Made by a program: the position numbers and the translations under genes
Shown: positions 41,973-50,558 of the stretch, one piece after another
Position numbering within the stretch: the first letter of the stretch is position 1
Layout of the letters: every line of letters starts with the position of its first letter
Assembly: GCA_049971805.1 (NCBI GenBank)
Contig: JBMFKU010000007.1
Span: forward strand, 1 to 64,000
From: Caldisphaera sp.
GTDB lineage: Archaea > Thermoproteota > Thermoprotei_A > Sulfolobales > Acidilobaceae
Direction: 5' to 3'
Length of the DNA stretch: 64,000 nucleotides
Notes under the pieces: generated by a model
Databases searched by the model: none
What the model saw: only the letters and a program-made list of their open reading frames with translations
Told to the model about the DNA's origin: nothing

Positions 41973-43475
41973 TTATAAAATCCTTTCTTTCAATAATTTA
42001 ATCAAATGTCTTCTTACTCCTTTATCAATTCCAATCACAACCAAATAAAATAAAGCAACCTCTATTAGCCCAGGTATTGCAATATATTTAATATCAGTAA
42101 GTAACCTAGGCGATGGAGCCCCAAGAGGTTTTAGAAAATATGAAATTGCCAAAGAAATTAACGAATACAAAATTATCCTAGGAATCATTTCTTTAATTAT
42201 TGTTTTAATAACATTACTAGGTAAAAAGAATTTTGCATTTACTATAGCTGAAATAGCATATCTTATTAGATAGACTATTGCCCATAGCAGTATTAAATAC
42301 GTCAAGGATATACCTTTAAACAAAACAAAAATTAATGCTAATGAACCTATATAAAACAGAGAAGGTATTAGCCCTAAAATATTCATTTTAGCAAAGCCCT
42401 TAGCGGCTTTAACTCCTCTATCCTTTATGCTACCAGAGGCTATTTGACCTATACCATTATTTAATATTTCAATTATAGCAATAATTAAAAAAACGGATAT
42501 TGCTATAGAGGCCCAAGAGTATATTGGATTATATACATAAACAACATATTTTGGATATATAACACCATACATCAAAAATGGTATAACTATTGCTAAGGAT
42601 AGCTCCATATTTCTCAATGCCGTTCTAAGGTCTCCTGTTCTTAATACATAAGAATGCAAATACCTTAGACCAACATTTGTTGAATCTCTTAATAAGGTAG
42701 AAATTGACGAAACAACAAAAAAAGCTGCAACTACTAAATCGCCAACTAACGGGTACGCAATCATGACATCAAAGGATGGTATTAACCCAAATACTACTCC
42801 TAAAACAGTTGCATGAGACCCTAAAGTCCATTCCTTTAATATTTTTTTGGTATTAACTATTTTATCACTATGAATTTTATCCTTTAGCCAATATATTGCC
42901 AAGATAGAACTTAAGAGAAATGATATTGCAGTGCCTATAAAAGCATACAATAATGATGCGGATATTAAATAAATAAGCACAAATATTAATGATGCATAAG
43001 ATATCCTATAAATTAATTCCAAAAAACCCATTCTTAATGGTCTTGCTGCATCAACTATTGTTCTTACTGTATAATAAAATGCTTGAAGGGCTAATGAGAC
43101 ACCTGCTATTATCAATATAATAGGATTGACTTTAGTATATAATAATACTAGAATAATACCTAAAATAAAACTAAACAAGGCTTGGCCAATTGAAAATGTT
43201 AAAGATGCATAATAGGAACCTTCGTTTTTCTCTACAACATATCTGTAAATCCATAGGCTAAAAATGCTCAAAGGTATAGTACCATAGGATATTATCCTTT
43301 TCGTTACTAGTTGATATATCGCATAGTCTTGAGGAACTAATTTTCTTGCAAGAACTATTGATGCAACTATATTAATTAAAAGAGCAATAAAATAAAAAAT
43401 ACTCCTTCCCGTAGAAATTTTTATAGCTTCGATTCTTTGGTTTTGAATAGATTCATCTTTTAAGGTTTCTTCCAA
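41973..43475 (-). CDS. Polytopic membrane protein, probable Wzx/MOP-type flippase
   Basis: About 14 TM segments; N-terminal IVLARKLVPQDYAIYQ pattern. Confidence 0.65.
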   Translation of the reverse strand: MEETLKDESIQNQRIEAIKISTGRSIFYFIALLINIVASIVLARKLVPQDYAIYQLVTKRIISYGTIPLSIFSLWIYRYVVEKNEGSYYASLTFSIGQALFSFILGIILVLLYTKVNPIILIIAGVSLALQAFYYTVRTIVDAARPLRMGFLELIYRISYASLIFVLIYLISASLLYAFIGTAISFLLSSILAIYWLKDKIHSDKIVNTKKILKEWTLGSHATVLGVVFGLIPSFDVMIAYPLVGDLVVAAFFVVSSISTLLRDSTNVGLRYLHSYVLRTGDLRTALRNMELSLAIVIPFLMYGVIYPKYVVYVYNPIYSWASIAISVFLIIAIIEILNNGIGQIASGSIKDRGVKAAKGFAKMNILGLIPSLFYIGSLALIFVLFKGISLTYLILLWAIVYLIRYAISAIVNAKFFLPSNVIKTIIKEMIPRIILYSLISLAISYFLKPLGAPSPRLLTDIKYIAIPGLIEVALFYLVVIGIDKGVRRHLIKLLKERIL

Positions 43476-43486
43476 TAATTATTCCC

Positions 43487-44689
43487 CTATTGGGTGTAAG
43501 GCAATTGGTTCAATACATAATTTCTTATCTGATCTAGAGATGGCAATTCTTCAATTAGTTTACCATTTTCTATATATTTAACCATTAAATTTTTAGGCTT
43601 ATCTGATAAATCTTTGCAAACTGGGATATCTTGGTCATCCCAATATTTAATGTAATACTCCAGGGGTTTACATGAATAAACCTTCTTAGCCCCTGGTAAT
43701 TTACCTCTTTTTGTGTAGGGTTCCCAACCATTACCTCTATCTATTTCAACAATATCCATACTTAAATCGACACTTGGTGCTGTAGCTATAGAAGTTCCTA
43801 CCCCAAAACCGTCAACTATATCTCTCAAATTAGCAATGCTATTTTCATCAAGACCTCCAGAAACTATAATTTTAACGTTCTTAAAGCCATTAATATCTAA
43901 AGTCCATCTTATTTCTTCAACAATATCTTTCATGTTCCCCCTTCTACTTGAAGGGGTATCTAATCTGATACCCCATAATTTATCTCCTAAAAGATGCGCT
44001 GCCATCAATGCCTCTTTTCTTTCATCATCCAATGTATCCGCCAAGGCTATCAAATTTATCTTACCTTCATATATCTTAGCGAACCATTTCCATGCCTCCT
44101 TTTGATCTCCAAACATAAGGATTAATGCATGAGGCATTGTACCTTGAGGCTTTAAACCAAGATACTTTTCAGATAGTAATCCACTAACACTATCTGCTCC
44201 ACCTATATATGCCGCCCTATCAGCTGCAGGAAACACTGCAGGATGTAAAGCTCTTAATCCGAAGAAAAGAAGATTCTTATTTCCGACAACACGCTTTAAA
44301 CTTGCTGTTTTTGTTGCAATGCTAGAAGAGAACCTAAGTAAGCCTAGCAATGATGCCTCTAATAGAACAAAATCTATATATTTCCCTTCAACTATCATTA
44401 ATGGCATTTTTTTAACAAAAATCGTTCCCTCTGGAACAGAATATACCGAAAATGGTCTGTCTTTTAATAATGATAAAGCTTCTTCCAGTCCTGCGTACAC
44501 TGCCCAATTCCTACCTTCAGGCGGATTTCCATATAAATGAACTTCCATTCTTACTTTAATATCAGATAATCCCGCGGCCTGTAAGACTTCTTTTGTCCTT
44601 TGGAAATAAACGTCGGTTGCTTCACCATTTAATATTTCATCTATACTTGCAACATAAACTCTTGGTTTTTTTGCTACCAATATGTGCAC
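43487..44689 (-). CDS. pncB: Nicotinate phosphoribosyltransferase
   Basis: [40 protein letters not shown]. Confidence 0.93.
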   Translation of the reverse strand: MHILVAKKPRVYVASIDEILNGEATDVYFQRTKEVLQAAGLSDIKVRMEVHLYGNPPEGRNWAVYAGLEEALSLLKDRPFSVYSVPEGTIFVKKMPLMIVEGKYIDFVLLEASLLGLLRFSSSIATKTASLKRVVGNKNLLFFGLRALHPAVFPAADRAAYIGGADSVSGLLSEKYLGLKPQGTMPHALILMFGDQKEAWKWFAKIYEGKINLIALADTLDDERKEALMAAHLLGDKLWGIRLDTPSSRRGNMKDIVEEIRWTLDINGFKNVKIIVSGGLDENSIANLRDIVDGFGVGTSIATAPSVDLSMDIVEIDRGNGWEPYTKRGKLPGAKKVYSCKPLEYYIKYWDDQDIPVCKDLSDKPKNLMVKYIENGKLIEELPSLDQIRNYVLNQLPYTQ

Positions 44690-44809
44690 CCCCTTTATAG
44701 TTTTATAATAATATGCTATTTATAAATTATTGTATCAATTAAATTGTTATAAAAAATGTTTATAAATAGCTTAAAAACCTTAGCTCAAATCTATTGTCTA
44801 GGATAGAAA

Positions 44810-45232
44810 ATGAGCCAGGACAATATATCAATTTTGGGTAAAGAGCTATCTGATTTATTACTTTCTAAAGCAGACTTGCTAGAAAAAACACTAAAAGACT
44901 TTATAGTTAATATAACATCAGAAAATTTAAACGATATAATTAAAAATAATAATTTGGTATTTTTGTTTTTTACGGCAGAGTGGTGCGGACCTTGCATAAC
45001 TTTTATGCAATCCTTTAGAGAGGTTGCATCTATGCATTTAATGCCAAAAGTAACTTATGGAAAAGTTGATGTGGATTCTAGCTACTCAGTTGCTGACAAG
45101 TTTAAAATAAAACACATACCATCAATATTAATTATTGTAAACGGTGAAGTTGTTGACACTGTAGTAGGGCAAACAGATAAAGATAAACTAGAATCAAAAA
45201 TAACATCATATATAAAATCAGTTTTAAAATAA
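44810..45232 (+). CDS. Thioredoxin
   Basis: FTAEWCGPC, KVDVD, IPS. Confidence 0.93.
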   Translation: MSQDNISILGKELSDLLLSKADLLEKTLKDFIVNITSENLNDIIKNNNLVFLFFTAEWCGPCITFMQSFREVASMHLMPKVTYGKVDVDSSYSVADKFKIKHIPSILIIVNGEVVDTVVGQTDKDKLESKITSYIKSVLK

Positions 45233-45240
45233 AACTAAAA

Positions 45241-45530
45241 TTAACTTCTACCTAATTCTACGTATTTCTTTAAATTCCCTAATTTTATCCCCATTTCAAT
45301 AGCAGAGCTTTTTAATAGAAATTCTGCCAAATCCAATAATTCTTTTAATCTTTCTTTACTATAGGATTGCATATAAAATCTTATTTTGTTTTCAGTTCCG
45401 CTAGGTCTTATTAGAATCCAACTTCCATCTTTAATATCAATTCTATATCCATCTATATCTAATAATTCGTATGTTCCTTTATCTAGATGATTTATTATTT
45501 TATCAATAAGCCTATTATAAATATTTAATT
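45241..45530 (-). pseudogene. Phosphohexomutase (PGM/PMM/GlmM) C-terminal domain IV remnant with no start codon
   Basis: Manual translation ...KLNIYNRLIDKIINHLDKGTYELLDIDGYRIDIKDGSWILIRPSGTENKIRFYMQS...LGRS*; in-frame stop upstream at 45553-45555. Confidence 0.88.
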
Positions 45531-45531
45531 T

Positions 45532-45961
45532 ATCATAATATGGTGGGTAAAGTTAGGTTCAATACCTGCTTCTTCATCAATAAAAATACAGATGATAATA
45601 TACCCACCAAATGTTAATAAACTAAATAATGTTACTACAGGAGAAGCCCCTCAGCTTTCTCCTACTTATGCAGAATATGACGATGGGGCTAATGTATTTA
45701 ACAACTACTGGAACTTTGCTAGGACAAGCTTACCAACAGGCTGGAATAGCACAGGAATGACAGTGACAGTAAACAATGGAGTTACAGCACAAGCAAACAC
45801 TTCTGGGACTTGGGGATATACTTATTATGCTACTACACTCAACCCAGAAACGCAAGTTTTAGATGCTTATGCATATTTCACTGGTTTAGTAGGAGATCAA
45901 GGACCACTACAGTTTATTGGCTGGGGTAGAGCAGGAACAAACGATACGCAGTATGGATTAA
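45532..45961 (+). pseudogene. Internal fragment of a DUF2341-like surface/adhesin gene (covers most of ORF 45592-45993)
   Basis: Frame reads IIIWWVKLGSIPASSSIKIQM...TTGEAPQLSPTYAEYDDGANVFNNYWNF...; T/G/N/W-rich, no signal peptide. Confidence 0.65.
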
Positions 45962-46090
45962 GTAACCTACTACGCAACTTCCCTTATTTTTAATATAACT
46001 TGCAAGAGATAAACCGACCTTATATGATAGCATTGCATTTATTTTTTCTGGATATTTGCCTCTTATTCCCGCAGTTCCAAACCACTTCAT
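45962..46090 (-). pseudogene. Phosphohexomutase N-terminal remnant (43 aa)
   Basis: ATG at 46090 with GAGGG upstream: MKWFGTAGIRGKYPEKINAMLSYKVGLSLASYIKNKGSCVVGY, then unrelated sequence to a stop at 45914-45916. Confidence 0.88.
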
Positions 46091-46122
46091 GATGATGCCC
46101 TCTACTTTTTACAAATTATTTA

Positions 46123-46223
46123 TGATTTTCGTAGCTCTAAAGGATTTCCTTTAGCTCAATAAACTTATCCATTAGACTATATCTTCCCAGCTCTAGAAGG
46201 CAATGTTTGTCTTTACATTATCA
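46123..46223 (-). mobile_element. Highly reduced (~100 bp) degenerate IS605-type end pair
   Basis: CTAGAAGGCAATGTTTGTCTTTACATTATCA resembles CTAGAAGAGTGAGGTTTGCCGTTTATTTTATCA at 39432-39464; GCTCTAAAGGATTTCCTTTAG resembles GCTCTGAAGGGCTAGTTCCCTAG at 39196-39218. Confidence 0.4.
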
Positions 46224-46352
46224 AATATTCAGCTCTCTAATTTTCTAATACATCTCTATTAGCTTAGGATTTGTACTTTAAGAATCCCATTTTTATAGCC
46301 CAATAAACCTAAAGTGTGTGAAATAGTACTACGCAAACAGAATGTTTACTTG

Positions 46353-47165
46353 TTATTTTAAATCAAACTTTACTTGTTCTTTTTTCCTTCCTTCTTTAAT
46401 TTCATCGGTATTTATTAAAACTATTGCTCTAGTATTATATTTCAATTTGCTTTTTATTACTTCATCAATTTTGCTTTTTGAACCTATGACGCATAAAATC
46501 CCACTTATATGGGCTTGTCTAGAATTAGCCAAATCAATAAGTGAATTAAGTAGCATTGATTTACTTCCATCAACTGTAACAATTATTACTTTACTTTTTC
46601 TGGCAACACATTCTCTTGGTAGCAAGATAACATCAAAGAATTCAGATGAAATTTTATAATTTTTTGATATTATATGTTTTGAATATGGGCTGTGAGATGA
46701 TGCACAAAGCCTAGCATGAAACAAAGATGAAAAAGTAGATCCCAAGGCTGCTGCATAACCATCTGGCGAGCTTATAATAGTGTTTATCTTTTCATCCTTT
46801 AGTTCATCTAAAGCTCTTAGCCCAGCTAATGTCATAATTCCAGGATTACTTAATAAAGACCAAAGCTCTTCATTTTCTATATAATACTTTGCTAATACGT
46901 CTTCAATTATATGGCTTTCTCTTATTTTACTTAATATCTTTTCTGCCGTTGTCCTTTCTGGAACAGTTCTTAATGTAACATACCTCCATAAGATTTGAGC
47001 AGGTACTCCTAATCTTTCTTCCAGTTCTTTAAATGAATAAAAGTATTTTAGTGCACCTAACAATCTAAAAACCATTAATTTAACGTTTTTTACTCCATCA
47101 ATCATTCCTATAAGGTTATTTGGGTTTTTTTCTTGCAAATTCCATTCATCAGATCTCTCAGACAT
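46353..47165 (-). CDS. HTH + phosphoribosyltransferase-fold (PurR-like) regulator with a degenerate PRPP loop
   Basis: YSFKELEERLGVPAQILWRYV...P HTH; C-terminal PRTase fold with VIIVTVDG instead of VDD. Confidence 0.75.
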   Translation of the reverse strand: MSERSDEWNLQEKNPNNLIGMIDGVKNVKLMVFRLLGALKYFYSFKELEERLGVPAQILWRYVTLRTVPERTTAEKILSKIRESHIIEDVLAKYYIENEELWSLLSNPGIMTLAGLRALDELKDEKINTIISSPDGYAAALGSTFSSLFHARLCASSHSPYSKHIISKNYKISSEFFDVILLPRECVARKSKVIIVTVDGSKSMLLNSLIDLANSRQAHISGILCVIGSKSKIDEVIKSKLKYNTRAIVLINTDEIKEGRKKEQVKFDLK

Positions 47166-47299
47166 AGCCTAAACTCTCTCTAAATATCTATACCCTATAA
47201 CCTAGCTACAGACTGTACTCTTATATATTTTGCTAACAGTAATTTAATAAATAGGTATTAAAAACAAAAATTATAAACACAATAAAAATCTATTTAGCT

Positions 47300-47356
47300 T
47301 TAAAATTCTTCCTCCGATTCTTCTTCTGATTCTTCCTCGTCTTGCTTTTTAGGCAT
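47300..47356 (-). CDS. Putative 18-aa acidic microprotein MPKKQDEEESEEESEEEF
   Basis: ATG at 47356 preceded by SD-like GAGGTTGAG; purine-rich codons in AT-rich intergenic DNA. Confidence 0.5.
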   Translation of the reverse strand: MPKKQDEEESEEESEEEF

Positions 47357-47555
47357 GCATCTCAACCTCTTTGACAATTTGGAAATAGCAAATAAAAATA
47401 GATATTTAATAATATATCTCTAAAGGTATATCGAATTGGAAGTCAATTTGTTTGTGTATATATTTATGTAATATTATATGACTATTTTATATTTTAATTT
47501 ATTATTATCATAATAAGAAAAAACATATTAATTTCAAATATAATTAAAAGTTAGG

Positions 47556-47801
47556 ATGGTGCTAGTTATGGTAAAAAAAGCGCCAACAAAAAAGATAGCA
47601 ATGAAAGCATGTAAGTCTTGTGGCGCATTAGTGTCTAGAGATACTAATGTATGTCCAGTATGCGGAGGGACTAATTTTACTGACGACTGGGAAGGCATAT
47701 TTATAGTATTAGGCAACGACTCAACAGTTGCTAAAGAATTAAAATTCAATAAGAAAGGAATATTTGCAATAAAGGTTTCTGGTTCATACATAATAAAGTA
47801 A
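47556..47801 (+). CDS. spt4: Transcription elongation factor Spt4 (RpoE'')
   Basis: KACKSCGAL...CPVCG...FTDDWEG...S.VAKEL...GIFAIKV. Confidence 0.95.
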   Translation: MVLVMVKKAPTKKIAMKACKSCGALVSRDTNVCPVCGGTNFTDDWEGIFIVLGNDSTVAKELKFNKKGIFAIKVSGSYIIK

Positions 47802-47811
47802 GGGGGATCTG

Positions 47812-48348
47812 ATGAAAATCATAGGATATAAAATACCAGATAACTTAAGATATGATTTTTCACAGCCAAGAGGTGTTCTTATAAATGGAGAAATAAAAAA
47901 TTATATTAATATGAAAAATTGGGAAAAAGTTATTTGTGTTGGTGATGTTGTTTCATCTTATTGTCTCAAAGCAAATAGGCTGCCAGACTTTATAATAATT
48001 GATGGTAAGACTCGTAGAACTGAAGGTGGATTAAAATTAGAAGATATAGACAAAATAAAACAGCATTATGAGATCATAAAGGTGTTAAATCCTGCAGGAA
48101 TAATTGGCATGGATTCATATGAAATTATTTGTAAGATAGTAAATGAAAACAACAAAAAGATAATATTCGTTAATGGAGAAGAAGATATGCTAACTATGCC
48201 ATGTTTATCATGCGCACCTTTAAATTCTCTTATAATTTATGGTATACCAAATAAAGGTGCTGCATTAGTAAACTTAAGCATATACATTAAAAGGGATCTT
48301 CAACAAAAACCTTTGTCTCTTAAGCCAACAATTTTTGATTTTCAATAA
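47812..48348 (+). CDS. GTP-dependent dephospho-CoA kinase (DUF359)
   Basis: VGDVVS, IIDGKTRR, NPAGII, VNGEEDML, YGIPNKG. Confidence 0.9.
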   Translation: MKIIGYKIPDNLRYDFSQPRGVLINGEIKNYINMKNWEKVICVGDVVSSYCLKANRLPDFIIIDGKTRRTEGGLKLEDIDKIKQHYEIIKVLNPAGIIGMDSYEIICKIVNENNKKIIFVNGEEDMLTMPCLSCAPLNSLIIYGIPNKGAALVNLSIYIKRDLQQKPLSLKPTIFDFQ

Positions 48349-48423
48349 AAATTGTTCAACGATTAGCCTCGCCAATCAAAAATAAATATAACCTCGATCA
48401 ATAAGATTTTTGTATAGGATTGT

Positions 48424-48534
48424 GGGGCCGTCGTCTAGCTTGGTAGGATGCCAGCCTGGGGTGCATTTCCCTAGAGTCCACCGGAATGCCTAGAGCGCTG
48501 GTGGTCCGGGGTTCAAATCCCCGCGGCCCCACCA
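48424..48534 (+). tRNA. tRNA-Pro(GGG) with a 34-nt intron at 37/38 (48462-48495); CCA encoded
   Basis: GGGGCCGTCGTCTAGCTTGGTAGGATGCCAGCCTGGGG|intron|CGCTGGTGGTCCGGGGTTCAAATCCCCGCGGCCCCACCA; BHB helix CUGG/CUAG. Confidence 0.95.
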
Positions 48535-48548
48535 TGAGGTGAGCATAA

Positions 48549-48755
48549 ATGTCGAACAAGGTTAAGGTTAGAAGTAAAGAAATAGAAATTAATGATGAGG
48601 TGCTATTAAAGATTAGAAAATATGCAAATACAGAAATGACTTTAGATGAACTAGCAAAGGAATTAAATTTGGAAGGATGGGAAGAAGCCTATGAATTTGT
48701 TAAAAAAGTTCCAGCATGGTTATTGAGAAGCTACTCTCAACGCTTAGTTCACTAG
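48549..48755 (+). CDS. Small HTH-like hypothetical protein
   Basis: EMTLDELAKELNLEGWEEAYEFVKKVPAW; SD GAGGTGA immediately after the tRNA CCA. Confidence 0.8.
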   Translation: MSNKVKVRSKEIEINDEVLLKIRKYANTEMTLDELAKELNLEGWEEAYEFVKKVPAWLLRSYSQRLVH

Positions 48756-48860
48756 CAAAAAATAAATATTGCTATAATTATTTTTATAAACTACTTAATT
48801 TATTCTTGTTAGAAAATTTAAAACAATTTTTTAAGACCATGAAGAATTTAAAAGATAAAA

Positions 48861-49160
48861 CCTTTAACTCTGTGCCGTTGACAACGGTTTCCAATAAACC
48901 ATGAAGCTTGCATATCTTGAATACAATATTTATCACGATGCTAAGTGATGCTAAGACCTAAGGAAGTTTGCCAACGCTTAGGTACATCTTATCGCACATT
49001 GAAAGAGTATGTAAAGAAAGGTTATATTAAACGTGTATGGGTTGGGGTTATACCGCTAAAGGGGCAGAGAAGGGTGAGCAAGGTATGCCTCGTGACCTTG
49101 GTGAAGCTCAAGGGCTGAGAATTGAATACAAATTTAAAAATTTTATGAAGCCCAAACCCC
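48861..49160 (+). mobile_element. Internally deleted IS607-family element (~300 bp)
   Basis: Mini-ORF 48948-49118 begins MLRPKEVCQRLGTSYRTLKEYVKKGYIK (IS607 TnpA MerR-type HTH) and continues VWVGVIPL...; 3' end GGTGAAGCTCAAGGGCTGAGAATTGA...ATGAAGCCCAAACCCC resembles Sulfolobales IS607 right ends; left palindrome CCGTTGACAACGG. Confidence 0.8.
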
Positions 49161-49463
49161 TCAATAATATACTATTTAATATAATAACTTTTCTTTTCTA
49201 GCAAAATAAATCAAATACAGCTACATAGTTAATATTTAAGTTCAACTTAAATATAATAAGTTCAACCAATAACATTGTATTCAGTCTACCTAAATTTTAT
49301 AATAGATTTGTATACAATTTTAACATAAATTTTTCCTAGTTTTCAATTAGCTTAAGTTTAAAATTAGATTTATTTTTTCCTATAAACTTGGTATACATTC
49401 CCCTATTCCTAATAAGCAAGCTCAGCTAAATAATACGTAGGATTAAAATTCGGGTGAATTTTA

Positions 49464-49802
49464 TTGGAGCAGAACCTTAATGAAGGAAAAATAATTATCG
49501 TTTGCCATAATTGTGGGACAATTTTATATAAATATACCATAGGTGATAAAAATGACAAAAACAAGTTTAATGGTCCACCAATACCTAAGAAGGCTTTAAG
49601 CGGTTATGATAGATTTACTTGCCCAGTTTGTGGGGCAACATTAAGTCTTACTCCAAAACAAATCAAATTCATATCGCTATCCCTATATAAAAAGATGTAT
49701 TCTGAAAATAACTATAAATTGGTTGATTTGACAAAGACTGGAATGGTTGAGAACAATGTAAACATTAATAATCTAAGCGATAGAGTTGAAGAGGCTGATT
49801 AG
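49464..49802 (+). CDS. Zn-ribbon hypothetical protein
   Basis: CHNCG...CPVCG pairs. Confidence 0.75.
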   Translation: MEQNLNEGKIIIVCHNCGTILYKYTIGDKNDKNKFNGPPIPKKALSGYDRFTCPVCGATLSLTPKQIKFISLSLYKKMYSENNYKLVDLTKTGMVENNVNINNLSDRVEEAD

Positions 49803-50558
49803 CTCTTTCTTTATCTCATTAAATATAATTTCGTTGCAATTTCCTTTCTTATAGCTTGATAGTAGCATATTAATTCTCTCTTTACCATTTGTTATGCCCA
49901 TTTTATTTAATAAACTACCAACTATTTTATTAACATTTCCACAACCATTACTTGATGATTCTAAGTCTATTATTATTGCAGGAAATTCTACAGGAAAGCT
50001 GGGAAAAAATATGTTTCTCCATGGTCTACTTAATTCAGAGTGTAATATACCTATTTTGTCTAATAACCTTGCAGTATTGATTGATTCTAACATATAATTT
50101 TTTGCTTCTTTGAAATTAAGGTTTTTTATTATATATTCCAAATTAACCATACCCACATATTCCATAACTATAAAATCATCAGAATAATAATAAACTTTAG
50201 GCGAAACCCCAAATTTTGAGGTTTTGATTAATTTAATAGCCTCCTCTACCAAGCTCTTTCTCTTGCTATCAACCCTTCTTACCTTAACAGCCTTAACTCC
50301 CATGTTTTTGAAATATGCTAAGAACACCAAGCTAGAATGTCCTTTTCCTAATATCCTAAAACTCTTTAATTTCTTATTAAAAATTGTCAAATTACCGTAA
50401 TTACATATATATTTTAATCCATGCCTTTCCATTTCATCTATCTTTTTATTGTAATCACAGCTTTTAATATCAGGATAACAGAGCAAGTTTATTGATTCTA
50501 TATCATTTACATATTTGTAATCCAAGCAGGCATTGAATATAGAGAATTGATAAGCCAT
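49773..50558 (-). CDS. Atypical Ser/Thr protein kinase associated with cca
   Basis: LGKGHSSLV, AVKVRRVDSKR, MEYV, ILHSELSRP..NI, IIDLES. Confidence 0.85.
   Translation of the reverse strand: MAYQFSIFNACLDYKYVNDIESINLLCYPDIKSCDYNKKIDEMERHGLKYICNYGNLTIFNKKLKSFRILGKGHSSLVFLAYFKNMGVKAVKVRRVDSKRKSLVEEAIKLIKTSKFGVSPKVYYYSDDFIVMEYVGMVNLEYIIKNLNFKEAKNYMLESINTARLLDKIGILHSELSRPWRNIFFPSFPVEFPAIIIDLESSSNGCGNVNKIVGSLLNKMGITNGKERINMLLSSYKKGNCNEIIFNEIKKELISLFNSIA

Noticed and set aside
45522-45628. Imperfect inverted repeat TACCCACCA... (45522-45549 versus 45601-45628) suggesting an invertible switch
   Set aside because: The 9-bp core is just the WWV codons read against the YPP codons within the same inserted fragment, the rest is AT-rich, and there is no recombinase nearby. 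A role in forming the junction cannot be fully excluded.
45592-45993. 133-aa ORF as an intact gene
   Set aside because: The homologous frame extends upstream of the ATG without a start or signal peptide, and the last ~10 codons are antisense PGM sequence
48716-48904. 62-aa ORF overlapping the HTH-like gene
   Set aside because: Low-complexity AT-rich frame running into the IS607 left end; no SD or motif
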